A stretch of DNA of 64,000 bases from an uncultured Bacteroidales bacterium (GTDB lineage Bacteria > Bacteroidota > Bacteroidia > Bacteroidales > JAADJA01): the NCBI GenBank assembly GCA_963705185.1, contig CAVPJF010000014.1, positions 49,655 through 113,654 on the forward strand. Direction: 5' to 3'. Under the pieces are notes generated by a model that did not search any database, had not been told where the DNA came from, and worked only from the letters and a program-made list of their open reading frames with translations. Below are positions 36,746 to 48,365 of the stretch, one piece after another; positions within the stretch are counted from its first letter, which is position 1; every line of letters starts with the position of its first letter. The position numbers were made by a program, and so were the translations under genes.

Positions 36746-38135
36746 TTATGGATTGGATCTAAGAACGGTTACCGATCCCGTATACGTTTTATCTTCATAA
36801 TATCCGTCACACTTAAGAATATAAAAATAAATCCCATCCTTTATATTACCTGCATCCCAGTCATTCATATAATTATCAGCTTCATAAACCTTTTGTCCAT
36901 AACGGTTAAAAATCACCAGCGTATTGCTAAGATAATACTTACTCAGGTCAATGGGTGTCTTCATCTCAATTAATACTTTTAAATGCCTCACCGCCAGTAT
37001 TATTTCCTCCTTCATCACCAGTGTCTTCAAATATTTCAAACAATTCATTAAATCCATCCCCATTAGGAGTGATAACAGCCGTAGCCTTCAATTTTACCGG
37101 CTCTACAATAATTTCAATGTGAACATTATTTGAATCTTCACAGCCGTAAAAAGTGCGATAATGAAAATAAACCTGGTAGGTACCGGTATTGGAATATGTA
37201 TAATCAGGTGCCGGATTGTCGTAAAGGAATATGCTGTCAGTTCCCAGAAAATCCCACCAAAAGCTACTCAAATAAAAAGTATCAGCAGCAGTGGAATCAT
37301 AGGAAACATTTTCATAAGTAAAATGGACAAAAGGTTTCTGGAGATAAACTTTATCTTTGGATCGGAGGTAAGTTCGATTTCAGGCAAAGAATACGCTTTA
37401 ACTTCAAAAGGATGATTTAATATACATCCAATAGAATCAGTAACGGTAAGCAATTTTGTCACCATTCGTTAGCTTCCAGGCTTTGGATGGATCACTGAAA
37501 AAGGGTTGTCCATCTGACCATTCATAATTATAAGGAGGAAAACCACCTGAAATATAAGCTTGCACCTGAGCAGCTGCCGAATCAGGGCAGCCCATCTTCA
37601 ACTGAATTAGAGAATCAGCAAAAATATTAGGTTCGACAATAATTTGAATACTGTCATAACAATAATTGAAATCTAATAGCGTGTCATAAATTCCGGCATA
37701 ATAAACCGTTGTATCTCTTGGAAATACGACTATGGAATCAGCAGTAATATTCATTGGCTGCCAAATAAAGTCATAGGCATCAGAACTTCCGTAAATAGTG
37801 ATGGTATCGCCGCAAATCAGCGAATTATTTGATTTAAGAATTTCAGCATCCACAATAACAACAAAAACTGAATCAGCAATAAAAAGAGTGTCTCCCTGAT
37901 TTACGTCAACCGTATAGGGTCCTGTAATGTTTACCCAAATAGCCTGAGTGGTATCACCGGTACTCCAGTCATAACTATCGAATCCAAAGCCGGCATCTAA
38001 CAAAAGGCTATCGACCTTACATGACCTGATTATATCAGGTAAGATATCCTGCGCTTGAATTTTTTTCTGAAATGGAATTACAGATAAAAGAAATAAAAGG
38101 CCTGTGAATGATTTTTTTAATGAAACCGGGAACAT
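36746..38135 (-). pseudogene. T9SS type-B (CHU_C, gliding-motility-associated C-terminal domain) secreted protein, several frameshifts
   Basis: Four minus-strand ORFs (37437..38264, 37268..37465, 36966..37271, 36746..37063) read through as one protein. It has the signal peptide MFPVSLKKSFTGLLFLLSVIPF, a PKD-like segment (FWWDF...YTYSNTGTYQV) and the C-terminal [10 protein letters not shown]...[10 protein letters not shown]...GIYFY hallmark of the type-B sorting domain. Confidence 0.75.
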
Positions 38136-38406
38136 TAATAATTGTGTTAAACTTTCAAAATTCGCTCTTCGAATCAAACCAAAATAACGTACAAAGATGA
38201 TTAAAATTTTAACAGCTGTTTCCAGTTGGATTAACTTTTTGGCTGAGACAAGACAAATTTTCATTAAAATTGATTCTATTATTTTCAGAATCAGGCCATT
38301 TATTCTTGATGAAGATAATAATTATGCCAATAATTCTTAAATCAGGCAGTCAGTTTTCCCCGGCAACAAATTTGAGGAGTCAAGATGAGGTTAAAACTTT
38401 AAAACA

Positions 38407-41001
38407 ATGAATTTAAATAATTTCACGATCAAATCGCAGGAGGCTGTTCAAAAGGCCCAGGAAATTGCAGAAGGGATGCAGCACCAGGTTATTGAGAATA
38501 CCCATATGCTAAAGGGGCTTATAACCATCGACGAAAATGTGATTCCGATTCTACTAAAGAAGCTTGATGTTAATCTCATTTTACTTACTAATGCTTTGGA
38601 TAAAATATTAGAATCGTTACCTAAAGTCGTGGGAGGTGAGCAGCATCTTTCGCGGGAAGCGAATACTGCGTTGCAGAAAGCAGGAAGTTACCTGAAAGAA
38701 TTCAATGATCAGTATATTTCTGTCGAGCACATCCTGCTTGGTATATTAAATGGAAACGATACCGCTGCAAAGCTTTTAAAGGATAATGGTATCAACGAAA
38801 AAAACCTTAAGACAGCAATCAAGCAATCAAGACAAGGATCCACTATTTCCAGCCAGACTGCTGAAGATACATACAATGCGCTAAACCGTTATGCCAGAAA
38901 CCTGAATGAGCTCGCACGGTCTGGCTCATTGGATCCTGTTATCGGCCGTGATGATGAGATCAGAAGGATACTTCAAATTCTTTCAAGGAGGACAAAAAAC
39001 AATCCCATCCTTATCGGTGAGCCCGGAGTTGGTAAAACAGCTATCGCCGAAGGGCTGGCAAACAGGATTATTAATGGCGATGTTCCGGAAAATCTGAAAT
39101 CAAAGCAGGTTTATTCACTTGACATGGGTGCTTTAATTGCTGGTGCAAAGTACAAAGGCGAATTTGAAGAACGGTTGAAAAGCGTGGTTAAAGAAGTGAT
39201 TGCTTCGGAAGGGGAAATTGTTTTATTTATTGATGAAATCCACACCCTTGTGGGAGCAGGGGCTTCTGAAGGGGCTATGGACGCTGCCAACATACTTAAA
39301 CCTGCACTTGCCAGAGGGGAACTAAGGGCCATTGGTGCAACAACATTAAAAGAGTACCAGAAATATTTTGAAAAAGATAAGGCACTCGAACGCCGTTTTC
39401 AGATTGTAATGGTGGATGAGCCGGATGTTGCCGATACCATTTCAATCCTTAGAGGGCTCAAAGAAAAGTATGAAACTTATCACCATGTCAGGATAAAGGA
39501 TGAAGCTATCATTGCTGCTGCTGAATTGTCACATCGCTATATTACCGACCGGTTTTTACCCGATAAAGCCATCGATTTAATTGATGAATCTGCTGCTAAA
39601 CTTCGTCTTGAAATAAACTCCTTACCTGAAAATTTGGAAATCCTTGAAAGGAAAATTAAACAGCTTGAGATCGAAAGGGAGGCAATCAGGCGGGAAAAGG
39701 ATGAAATAAAACTCAGCAATCTGAGTAAAGAAATTGCTAACCTGAGTGATGAACGAAATCATTTACATGCAAAATGGAAATCAGAAAAGGAAATAGCCGA
39801 ACAAATCCAGCAAAAGAAAAAGGAGATTGAAAGCCTGAAGCTTGAAGCGGAGCAAGCTGAACGAAACGGAGATTACGGTAAAGTCGCTGAAATCCGCTAT
39901 GGAAGCATTAAATCAAAAGAAGATGAAATTGAAAAGCTGCGAAGCAAGTTAACCGATATCCAGGCTGACTCACCCTTGATCAATGAAGAAATAGGATCGG
40001 AGGATATTGCTGAAATTGTTTCACGATGGACAGGTATACCGGTTAGTAAAATGTTGCAAAGTGAACGGGAAAAACTACTTCACCTTGAAGAAGAACTGCA
40101 TCATCGGGTGATTGGCCAGGATGAAGCAATTACAGCTGTTGCAGATGCCATCAGGCGGAGCCGGGCCGGATTGCAGGACGCTAAACGACCCATTGGATCT
40201 TTCATTTTCCTTGGCACAACAGGTGTCGGTAAAACCGAGCTTGCAAAAGCTTTAGCTGAATTTCTTTTTGATGATGAAAATTCAATGATTCGGATAGACA
40301 TGTCGGAATACCAGGAAAGACACTCCGTTTCGCGGTTGATTGGTGCACCTCCTGGTTATGTGGGTTATGATGAAAGCGGGCAACTTACTGAGGCTGTCAG
40401 GAGAAGACCCTATTCGGTTATTCTGCTGGATGAAATTGAAAAAGCGCATCCCGATGTGTTCAATATTTTGCTACAGGTATTAGACGACGGAAGATTGACT
40501 GATAACAAAGGTCGAACTGTCGACTTTAAAAATACCATCATTATCATGACCTCAAATATCGGGTCGCACATTATTCAGAATAATATGGAATCCATGACTG
40601 AGAAGAATAAAGATGCTGTTATGGAAAATACCCGGAATGAAGTATTTGCTTTACTGAAGACAGCCATTCGTCCTGAGTTTCTTAACAGGATAGATGAGAT
40701 CATTATGTTTAGTCCTTTAAGTGAAAAGGAGATCATAGAGATTGTCAGGTTACAGTTCAGCCTGATCCAAAAACTCCTTGCCAATAATCAAATCCAGCTA
40801 ACTGCAACAGACGAAGCCATTGCTCATATTGCCAAAGAGGGATACGATCCGCAATATGGCGCCCGCCCGGTAAAAAGAGTGATTCAAAAGAATTTGCTGA
40901 ATGAGCTTTCGAAAATGATTTTATCAGGCAAGGTCAATAAAGATTCTGAAATTTTATTGAAGTTAAAAAATAATAACCTGATCTTTTCCAATAAAGACTA
41001 A
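38407..41001 (+). CDS. clpB: ATP-dependent chaperone ClpB
   Basis: An 864-aa protein with two AAA+ modules (GEPGVGKT and GTTGVGKT Walker A), a long coiled-coil middle domain and a Clp N-domain. Confidence 0.97.
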   Translation: MNLNNFTIKSQEAVQKAQEIAEGMQHQVIENTHMLKGLITIDENVIPILLKKLDVNLILLTNALDKILESLPKVVGGEQHLSREANTALQKAGSYLKEFNDQYISVEHILLGILNGNDTAAKLLKDNGINEKNLKTAIKQSRQGSTISSQTAEDTYNALNRYARNLNELARSGSLDPVIGRDDEIRRILQILSRRTKNNPILIGEPGVGKTAIAEGLANRIINGDVPENLKSKQVYSLDMGALIAGAKYKGEFEERLKSVVKEVIASEGEIVLFIDEIHTLVGAGASEGAMDAANILKPALARGELRAIGATTLKEYQKYFEKDKALERRFQIVMVDEPDVADTISILRGLKEKYETYHHVRIKDEAIIAAAELSHRYITDRFLPDKAIDLIDESAAKLRLEINSLPENLEILERKIKQLEIEREAIRREKDEIKLSNLSKEIANLSDERNHLHAKWKSEKEIAEQIQQKKKEIESLKLEAEQAERNGDYGKVAEIRYGSIKSKEDEIEKLRSKLTDIQADSPLINEEIGSEDIAEIVSRWTGIPVSKMLQSEREKLLHLEEELHHRVIGQDEAITAVADAIRRSRAGLQDAKRPIGSFIFLGTTGVGKTELAKALAEFLFDDENSMIRIDMSEYQERHSVSRLIGAPPGYVGYDESGQLTEAVRRRPYSVILLDEIEKAHPDVFNILLQVLDDGRLTDNKGRTVDFKNTIIIMTSNIGSHIIQNNMESMTEKNKDAVMENTRNEVFALLKTAIRPEFLNRIDEIIMFSPLSEKEIIEIVRLQFSLIQKLLANNQIQLTATDEAIAHIAKEGYDPQYGARPVKRVIQKNLLNELSKMILSGKVNKDSEILLKLKNNNLIFSNKD

Positions 41002-41125
41002 AGTAGCTGTATAATTTGAAAATGGAGATGTAACCATTTAATGATATGTTAGGTATAATCACAAAAATAATTTTGAGAGATTATTGGTTGATTAAATTAA
41101 AACATATTCTTTAAAAGTTAGAACA

Positions 41126-41857
41126 ATGCTCCCTTTCAAAAAAATCAGTATACTTCTGATCGCGGCCGGCCTGGCTTGCATTAATGTCACCTTTGCCCAG
41201 TTTACCGGCGGTGGCCGGATTGGTGTGAACGCATCAAATTTAAAAGGCTCATCCGTCGAGAATAATTCCATGCTGGTGGGTTATAATATTGGTGGATTTG
41301 TGAACGCAGGTGGTGAGGAAATTTTAAAAGGCGATATTGCTGAAATCCTTTCACTGCAAGTGGAGCTAACTGTTGAAACCAAAGGAGCTACAATGGATTA
41401 TCCTACAATATTAGTCCCTGCTGATACCATAACGCCAAATGTCATTTCTTCAAAACTGAATTTGACCTACGTAACTGTTCCTATTCTGGTGAAGTTCAAT
41501 TTTGGTGAGAAGTCAGCTGTAAACTATTTTGTTGAGGCAGGATTCTATGGCGGCGGTTTGTTTGGAGTGACTGTTGACGGTGAAAAAAAGTATGACCATG
41601 ATCTGGATGCTGCAACTGACCGAAGGAATTTCCGGGATGATTTTGATGGTTTTGATTTAGGGGCGGTCTTTGGCGGAGGTGTAAGCATTCCATTTGGTGG
41701 CAGAAAAAGTCCCTGGCGTGCGTTTACTGATCTCAGATATAGTCTTGGATTAGCTTCTGTAGGTGAGAAGAGGGAAGGCACTCCTGACGTCTATACTGAA
41801 TACCTGAAAGACATTAAAAAACAGCGCTATTTCTTTGCTTTTTGGTGTATCCTATAA
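41126..41857 (+). CDS. outer-membrane beta-barrel (porin-family/OmpA-like barrel) protein
   Basis: It has a signal peptide and alternating Gly/aromatic beta-strand composition. Removing one A from the A6 run at 41816-41821 gives the canonical C-terminus ...DIKNSAISLLFGVSYKF* ending at 41864. Confidence 0.7.
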   Translation: MLPFKKISILLIAAGLACINVTFAQFTGGGRIGVNASNLKGSSVENNSMLVGYNIGGFVNAGGEEILKGDIAEILSLQVELTVETKGATMDYPTILVPADTITPNVISSKLNLTYVTVPILVKFNFGEKSAVNYFVEAGFYGGGLFGVTVDGEKKYDHDLDAATDRRNFRDDFDGFDLGAVFGGGVSIPFGGRKSPWRAFTDLRYSLGLASVGEKREGTPDVYTEYLKDIKKQRYFFAFWCIL

Positions 41858-41883
41858 ATTTTAGATGAAAATAATTTACAATG

Positions 41884-41918
41884 AAAGGCTGCCGGTTTCG
41901 ACAGCCTTTTTTATTTTT
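41884..41918 (+). terminator. Rho-independent terminator
   Basis: The stem aaaggctg (41884-41891) pairs with cagccttt (41902-41909). The loop is 10 nt and the hairpin is followed by ttttatttttg. Confidence 0.65.
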
Positions 41919-41935
41919 GTGGAAGTTTCAAAAAA

Positions 41936-42769
41936 ATGACAAATAACCTGCAAAATTCTGACCTGAAGGAAATTGCTCTCCAAATCAGGATAGATATTAT
42001 CCGTAGTCTCGCTGAAGCTGGATCTGGTCATCTCGGGGGTTCCCTAGGTCTTGCTGATGTATTTACCGCTTTGTATTTCCGGGCTCTGAATCATAATCCT
42101 GAAAATCCTGCATGGGAAGACAGGGACAGGCTGATCCTTTCCATCGGACATGTAGCTCCGGTTTTGTATACAACTTTAGCACACGCCGGTTATTTTCCGA
42201 AAGACGAACTTCTTACCCTGCGCAAATTTGGAAGCCGTTTGCAGGGCCATCCTGGGAAAGAGCATGGATTGCCCGGACTTGAGCTTTCTGCCGGTTCTTT
42301 GGGTCAGGGATTATCTGTTGCAGTCGGTTTTGCAATGGCAGCTAAACTGGATAAAAAATCCTGGAAAGTCTATTCTGTTCATGGAGACGGTGAATTGCAG
42401 GAAGGTTCAATCTGGGAGGCAGCCATGAGTGCCAGCCATTATAAACTTGATAATCTGATTGCCATCATCGACAGGAATGGCGTTCAAATAGACGGCAAGA
42501 CTTCAGAGGTTATGCAAATTGAGCCTTTGGCAGATAAATGGAAGGCTTTTGGATGGTGTGTTTTGGAATGCAATGGCCATGATTTTGAAGATTTAATCAA
42601 CACATTTAATAAAGCCCGGCAATCTATTAATAAACCCACAGTAATTATTGCTCATACAATTATGGGAAAAGGGATCAAAGAAATTGAAGGTGATTACAGA
42701 TGGCACGGAAAAGCTCCGACAAAGGAAGAAGCTTTAAGATTTATTGAGGAATTGAAGGGAAATACCTAG
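41936..42769 (+). CDS. transketolase, N-terminal (TPP-binding) subunit
   Basis: Motifs GSGHLGGSLG, SIGHVAPVLY and HGDGELQEGSIWEA are typical of split transketolases. Confidence 0.9.
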   Translation: MTNNLQNSDLKEIALQIRIDIIRSLAEAGSGHLGGSLGLADVFTALYFRALNHNPENPAWEDRDRLILSIGHVAPVLYTTLAHAGYFPKDELLTLRKFGSRLQGHPGKEHGLPGLELSAGSLGQGLSVAVGFAMAAKLDKKSWKVYSVHGDGELQEGSIWEAAMSASHYKLDNLIAIIDRNGVQIDGKTSEVMQIEPLADKWKAFGWCVLECNGHDFEDLINTFNKARQSINKPTVIIAHTIMGKGIKEIEGDYRWHGKAPTKEEALRFIEELKGNT

Positions 42770-42832
42770 ACAAAAATTGAAATAATTTGAAATAGGTTGA
42801 AATAGATAGAAAAAGATAGAAATAAATTAAAA

Positions 42833-43787
42833 TTGATTGAAACTTTTAGAAATAAGGGAAATAAAGCAACCAAAACCGGTTTTGGAGAGGGTGTTCTTGA
42901 AGCTGGCAAATTAAACCAAAATGTTGTTGGAATTGGCGCAGATATAACGGCTTCGGTTGGAATGAACTTCTTCGCTCAGGCATTTCCTGATCGGTTTTTT
43001 TCTCTTGGAATAGCTGAGCAAAATTGTGTTGGGGTGTGCTGCCGGTCTGGCTTTGGCAGGTAAAATTCCGGTCTTTTCCACCTATGGTGTTTTTGCTGCT
43101 TTACGCACAACAGATCAAATAAGGATTTCGGTATGTTATAATAATCTTCATGTGATTATTGGAGGGGCTCATGCAGGCATTTCAGTCGGACCGGATGGCG
43201 CTACCCACCAGGCACTTGAAGATATTGCCATCATGCGTGTTCTTCCAAATATGACAGTAATTTCACCTTGTGATGCAACGCAAACAAAACTTGCTGCTAT
43301 CAAAGCCATTACAGAATTGAACGGACCTGTTTACCTTCGGTTTGGAAGAGAGCCTGTTCCTGATTTTACAGCTTCAAACCAGGAATTTGAAATTGGAAAG
43401 GGACAATTATTAAAGGAAGGTAAGGATATTTCAATAATTGCAACGGGCCACATGGTTTGGGAAGCATTGCAGGCCGGATACCTATTGGAAAAAGAAGGAA
43501 TCAGTGCAAGGGTTATTAATATTCACACCATTAAACCGATAGATGAAGAAATTATCATAAAGGCTGCCAGGGAAACCAAAGCAATTATCACCGCCGAAGA
43601 GCACCAGATTATGGGCGGATTTGGAAGTGCGGTTGCAGAAGTGGTGGTAAAGCATTATCCGGTTCCGATGGATTTTGTTGGGATGAACGATTCCTTTGGT
43701 GAATCCGGCAAACCGGAAGAACTGATGATAAAGTATGGACTTATAAAAGACAATATCATTTACAAAGCAAAGAATCTTTTTGATTAA
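42833..43787 (+). pseudogene. transketolase, C-terminal (pyrimidine-binding) subunit, one frameshift
   Basis: ORFs 42833..43063 and 43026..43787 join as ...GIAEQNCVG|CAAGLALAGKIPVF... if one G is removed from the G4 run at 43031-43034. Confidence 0.85.
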
Positions 43788-43912
43788 CAAATCGTATTAA
43801 AAACTTAAGTTAATTGATTTATCAGTAAAGTAAAATAAGAAAAGGTAAAAAGCGAAATCAACCTTTAAATAAATGTTATTAAGCTTTACAAGGACAACAA
43901 AATGAAAAATAA

Positions 43913-44392
43913 TTGAAAAAGCACATTTTATCTGGTATCTTAACATTAATAATCCTGTCTTCAGGGGCTCAAAGTACAAAAACGGATTTCCGGCCTTATT
44001 ATTTAAAGAACAACCAGCACACTATCACCTATTCCCCGATTGCTTTTGTTGGGTACAAATACGCCTATTGTTTTAATCAATACTTAGGTTTTGGATTAGG
44101 CCTTTCGCTTGGTGCAAGAATGTCCGAAATACCTCATCATTCATTTGAAATGATAAAAATCAACCTATTTTATAGAATTCATCTGAATAATATTATTTAT
44201 TTTAATCTTGGCGCTTTTACACTTTGGAGAGTGAAGGTCAACCCTTTCGTGGATTCGAAGGAGAAATATTTTGCGGGTGGAATCATTTCAAATTGGGCCA
44301 GGGAATTCAACTTGGTTCTTTTGATGATCAAATGTCTGATTATGGGGGAGAAGAATTTATGTATACGATCAATTTACTTATCCTGCAATTAA
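43913..44392 (+). CDS. hypothetical secreted protein (possibly small beta-barrel; C-terminus may be frameshifted)
   Basis: It has the signal-like N-terminus MKKHILSGILTLIILSSGAQS with a TTG start. I recognise no motif. Confidence 0.35.
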   Translation: MKKHILSGILTLIILSSGAQSTKTDFRPYYLKNNQHTITYSPIAFVGYKYAYCFNQYLGFGLGLSLGARMSEIPHHSFEMIKINLFYRIHLNNIIYFNLGAFTLWRVKVNPFVDSKEKYFAGGIISNWAREFNLVLLMIKCLIMGEKNLCIRSIYLSCN

Positions 44393-44625
44393 ACCTTTAG
44401 AAATAAATAACCTTTATTAACATTAAATTAAAGTTGAACCGGAAACTAATATATATTTTTGCAGCAGAAAATAAAGATGAACCGTTCATCTTTTACAAAT
44501 GAAGCGGCAATGGCCAAGTTTAAAGCAGATTGTCGCGAACGGGGAAAACAGAAAGTTGACCTCAAAGTTGCTGGAGAATTCCGGCTTTTTTTATGCTCTA
44601 AAATCCACAAATAATTTTCACGAAA

Positions 44626-46956
44626 TTATTTCTTCATAGTAAACCGAATCTCAGCAGCGCCTGTTATTTCAGAATGTTTTATAATGGGCTTTTCTGATTT
44701 TCTACCATCAATGCTCAATTCCTTCACAAGTAAATTCTCAGAAGACTGGTTTTCGACTTTAATATTCAGGATTTTCCCGTTTCCAAGATCAATCTCAGCC
44801 GATTTAACCAAAGGACTTCCCAGCGCATATTCATCAGAACCTGGGCAAACAGGGTAAAATCCAAGCGCACTGAAAATATACCAGGCACTCATTTGTCCGC
44901 AATCGTCGTTGCCGCAGAGGCCATTGGGAGCATTGGCATACATGGTATTGCAGATCATCCGGACGCGTTCCTGTGTTTTTTCAGGATTGCCGGTCCAGTT
45001 ATAAAGATATGGAATATGATGCCCGGGTTCATTGCCATGAACATACAAACCAATGATTCCGTCACGGGTGATGTCTTCGTTGGCTTCGATGTGCTTATCT
45101 TCAAACTGAAGAGTAAAAAGCTGATCAAGCATTTTCGTAAATTTCTTTTTCCCGCCCATCATTTCAATCAGGGTATCAGGATCCTGTGGAATATAAAGCC
45201 CGTAATTCCAGGCATTGCCTTCGATGAAACCCTGACCATGCGTGTTCAGCGGATCAAATTCTTTTTTGAAAGTTCCATCTGAAAGTTTTGGCCGCATAAA
45301 ACCGGATTCAGGATCAAAAACATGGTTGTAATTTTTCGACCGGGTCATAAATTCAGTGTAAACCTTTTCATTCCCTGCTTTACGAGCAATCTGGGCAATG
45401 GCCCAGTCATCATAAGCATACTCGAGTGTTTTGCTAACTGAACTTCCATTTTTATCTTCAGGAACATAACCCAACTCCATGTAATATTTCAATCCGTCGA
45501 AAGGTTCGTAACTGGCAGTTTGAACACAAGCACTCAATGCCCGATTAATATCTCCTTTATAAATTCCTTTCTGAATGGCATCGGCAATAACCGAAACACT
45601 GTGATAGCCGATCATGCACCAGTTTTCATTGCTGTAATGCGACCAAACCGGAAGCATGGGATGAACACTCTGATCGTAATGGGCGAGCATAGAGCTAACC
45701 ATATCAGCATTTCTTTCAGCCTGAACCAGGTTAAAAAGCGGATGAAGCGCCCGAAAGGTATCCCATAAAGAAAAAACAGTATAGTTGGTAAATCCATCCG
45801 ATTGATGAATGTTTTGGTCTAATCCGCGATATTGTCCATCAACATCTTCATAAATGATCGGGCTGATAAATGCATGGTATAGTGCAGTGTAAAAAACTAC
45901 TTTTTCATCAGGAGTATTTGTTTCAACCTTTATTTTGGATAGCTCTCTGTTCCATTTCTCTTTGGCTTCCTTTCGGGTTTTACCAAAGTTCCAGTGGGGG
46001 ATTTCTACCTGCAGGTTCTTAATCGCACCTTCAGTACTCACTGCAGATAAAGCGAATTTGATCTTCAGCTGCTGATGCTCTTCGATGTCAAAATCAAAAT
46101 AAGCCCGAATCTTATGTCCTGCCATTTCCGGGAAGTTTTGCTCTTCATTGAATTTCCGGTAAAAACCACGATAAACGGACTGATCATACTTTTTATGACC
46201 ATAACTTTTAAATGGTTTGCTGAAAACCATCGCAAAATAGACAGTTCGTGTTCGCGCCCAGCCTGAAGTTTGGCGATAGCCGGTCACCAGCGTATCATTC
46301 TCAACCCGGATAAAAGTCCAGACATTCTTGTCATCGTAATTGTAAATACCATGGATCAGGTCGAGGATGATATGCGCATCATCTGTCTCAGCCATTGAAT
46401 ATTGATGAAATCCTACACGTTCCGTCGTTGTCATTTCTGCCAAAATAGTTCCGTCATCCAGCTTTACGCTGTAATATCCTGGTTCTGCGCGCTCGGTTTT
46501 CTTATTGTAAGTCGACCGGTATCCTTTTTCTGGTTGATCAGCCGTTCCTGGATTAAGCTGTAATGTACCAGTTGTCGGCATGATAAGAAAATCACCCAGG
46601 TCGGAGTGGCCTGTTCCGCTGAAATGTGTGTGACTAAAGCCAACTATTGTTGGATCATCATACTGATAACCTGCACAATATTCATAGACTTTTTTGTTGT
46701 AATGATCGCCGTCCCAATAACCAATTGTATCTGTATCCGGGCTTAACTGCACCATTCCAAAAGGTACAACCGCTCCGGGAAAAGTATGACCCATTTTTTG
46801 TGTGCCAATAAATGGGTTGACAAATTGGGTGTAATCTTCTGCTTTATCGTCTTGTCCGTTTGAATTCAAATATACCACCGATGAAAGAATGCTAAAACAA
46901 TATATCGTTTCATTGGCCTTTTGGATTTTTAAATATTTGATTTTGTTTCTATCCAC
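44626..46956 (-). CDS. GH92 family alpha-mannosidase
   Basis: Motifs FVNPFIGT...GHTFPGA..PFGMVQLSPDT and the ~770 aa length are characteristic of glycoside hydrolase family 92. Confidence 0.9.
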   Translation of the reverse strand: MDRNKIKYLKIQKANETIYCFSILSSVVYLNSNGQDDKAEDYTQFVNPFIGTQKMGHTFPGAVVPFGMVQLSPDTDTIGYWDGDHYNKKVYEYCAGYQYDDPTIVGFSHTHFSGTGHSDLGDFLIMPTTGTLQLNPGTADQPEKGYRSTYNKKTERAEPGYYSVKLDDGTILAEMTTTERVGFHQYSMAETDDAHIILDLIHGIYNYDDKNVWTFIRVENDTLVTGYRQTSGWARTRTVYFAMVFSKPFKSYGHKKYDQSVYRGFYRKFNEEQNFPEMAGHKIRAYFDFDIEEHQQLKIKFALSAVSTEGAIKNLQVEIPHWNFGKTRKEAKEKWNRELSKIKVETNTPDEKVVFYTALYHAFISPIIYEDVDGQYRGLDQNIHQSDGFTNYTVFSLWDTFRALHPLFNLVQAERNADMVSSMLAHYDQSVHPMLPVWSHYSNENWCMIGYHSVSVIADAIQKGIYKGDINRALSACVQTASYEPFDGLKYYMELGYVPEDKNGSSVSKTLEYAYDDWAIAQIARKAGNEKVYTEFMTRSKNYNHVFDPESGFMRPKLSDGTFKKEFDPLNTHGQGFIEGNAWNYGLYIPQDPDTLIEMMGGKKKFTKMLDQLFTLQFEDKHIEANEDITRDGIIGLYVHGNEPGHHIPYLYNWTGNPEKTQERVRMICNTMYANAPNGLCGNDDCGQMSAWYIFSALGFYPVCPGSDEYALGSPLVKSAEIDLGNGKILNIKVENQSSENLLVKELSIDGRKSEKPIIKHSEITGAAEIRFTMKK

Positions 46957-47372
46957 CCCATATTTGCATCTTCCTTCATATCAAAATCACGAATATAGGG
47001 CTTAATGTCAAGCAAGGGTGTGCCATCCAAAATATCCAGTCCGGACGTATAAATCCGGTTGCCTTCAATTTTTTTTATTTTGGCAATGGTTAACCCAATT
47101 GGGTTGATCCTGTTTGGAGAACGTGTGGCCCAGAGTCCAACTTCAATGCCATTGCCTCTTGGAGGAAAAACCCGCATTTTAGGTTCTCTTTTCGGCTTGT
47201 GAAAATGGAAAACAAGATAACAATAATTCAATTTGTCAAGAAGGTAAAGTCCATCAGTGTATTCAGGGTTCAATTCAACGCAGAATTCACCCTCAACATT
47301 TTCAAAGTCGGTATGAGGTGCATCATCCTTGTAAGGAGTATGGATGATACCGATAGGAAAAAGGTTTATCAT
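46929..47372 (-). CDS. trmO: tRNA (t6A37) methyltransferase TrmO (TsaA/YaeB family)
   Basis: Motifs IGIIHTPY, RSPNRINPIGL and LDGTPLLDIKPY are present. Confidence 0.85.
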   Translation of the reverse strand: MINLFPIGIIHTPYKDDAPHTDFENVEGEFCVELNPEYTDGLYLLDKLNYCYLVFHFHKPKREPKMRVFPPRGNGIEVGLWATRSPNRINPIGLTIAKIKKIEGNRIYTSGLDILDGTPLLDIKPYIRDFDMKEDANMGWIETKSNI

Positions 47373-48304
47373 TTAATTTGATCTTTGAGCCATGAATACC
47401 AGGCATCCATTCCTTCACCAGTTTTCACTGAAAGTTCGAAGAATTTTAAATGATGGTTGACCTGCATGGCATATTCCTTTGCTTTTTCAATACTAAAATC
47501 AACATAAGGAAGAAGATCTGTTTTATTGATAATGCAGACACTCGACGATTGAAACATGGTTGGATATTTCAAGGGTTTATCATCGCCTTCCGTTGTGCTG
47601 ATGATGACAACGCGCTCAGCTTCTCCCAAATCAAAAAGGGATGGGCAGACGAGATTACCAACGTTTTCGATAACCAATATTGAATTTTCGGCAACATTTA
47701 ATTCCTTAACAGCTTTATTTACCATGTCCGAATCGAGATGGCATCCGTTCCCTGTGTTGATCTGAACCACAGGAGCTCCGGCAGCGTGGATCCGGTTGGC
47801 ATCGTTCATGGTTTGCTGGTCGCCTTCAACTACAAAGAATTTGATTTCTTTCCCGAGGTCTTTGATGGTCTTTTCCAAAAGACTTGTCTTGCCTGATCCA
47901 GGAGAACTTACCAGATTAATCGCAAAAATATTTTTAGCCTCAAAAAATCCGCGATTTCGCTCAGCAAGCAGGTTATTCTTCGATAAAATGTCCTGCTCAA
48001 CCCGGATTTCCCTTCCATGCGAATGATGGTGATCGTCACTATGATGATCATGAGCATGACCTTCTTCATGATGATGGTGATCATGATCGTGGGTATGTGA
48101 ATGAGCGCTATGAATATGACTATGATCGTGATCGTGGGGATGAATATGCTTATGTTCATGAGCATGTGAATGTTTGGTTCCATCATGATCGTGCTCATGT
48201 TCGTGTTGATGAACATGTTCGTGATGATGTTCCTGAGAATTTTGTTCGCCGGGCTTCCTGATGGTTAATCCATCACCATGGCCGCAACCGCAAGTATCGC
48301 ACAT
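47369..48304 (-). CDS. hypB: hydrogenase nickel incorporation GTPase HypB with long His-rich N-terminal tract
   Basis: It has the N-terminal MCDTCGCG metal site, a ~75-aa His/Asp/Glu-rich stretch, the P-loop SSPGSGKT and a G-domain. Confidence 0.9.
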   Translation of the reverse strand: MCDTCGCGHGDGLTIRKPGEQNSQEHHHEHVHQHEHEHDHDGTKHSHAHEHKHIHPHDHDHSHIHSAHSHTHDHDHHHHEEGHAHDHHSDDHHHSHGREIRVEQDILSKNNLLAERNRGFFEAKNIFAINLVSSPGSGKTSLLEKTIKDLGKEIKFFVVEGDQQTMNDANRIHAAGAPVVQINTGNGCHLDSDMVNKAVKELNVAENSILVIENVGNLVCPSLFDLGEAERVVIISTTEGDDKPLKYPTMFQSSSVCIINKTDLLPYVDFSIEKAKEYAMQVNHHLKFFELSVKTGEGMDAWYSWLKDQIK

Positions 48305-48365
48305 ATAGATTTAAGATATTAGACGTTAGAAATAAGATGTTAGATTTTTATTGCAAAGATATTGT

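Noticed and set aside
44477-44614. 45-codon ORF (MNRSSFTNEAAMAKFKADCRERGKQKVDLKVAGEFRLFLCSKIHK) in the spacer upstream of the GH92 stop
   Set aside because: I see no motif, no signal and no partner gene. It cannot be separated from chance in an AT-rich spacer without conservation data.
47796-48216. ORFs 47908..48216(-) and 47796..48026(+) with I/T/M-rich or repetitive translations
   Set aside because: They are alternative-frame read-throughs of the repetitive His-codon tract of hypB.
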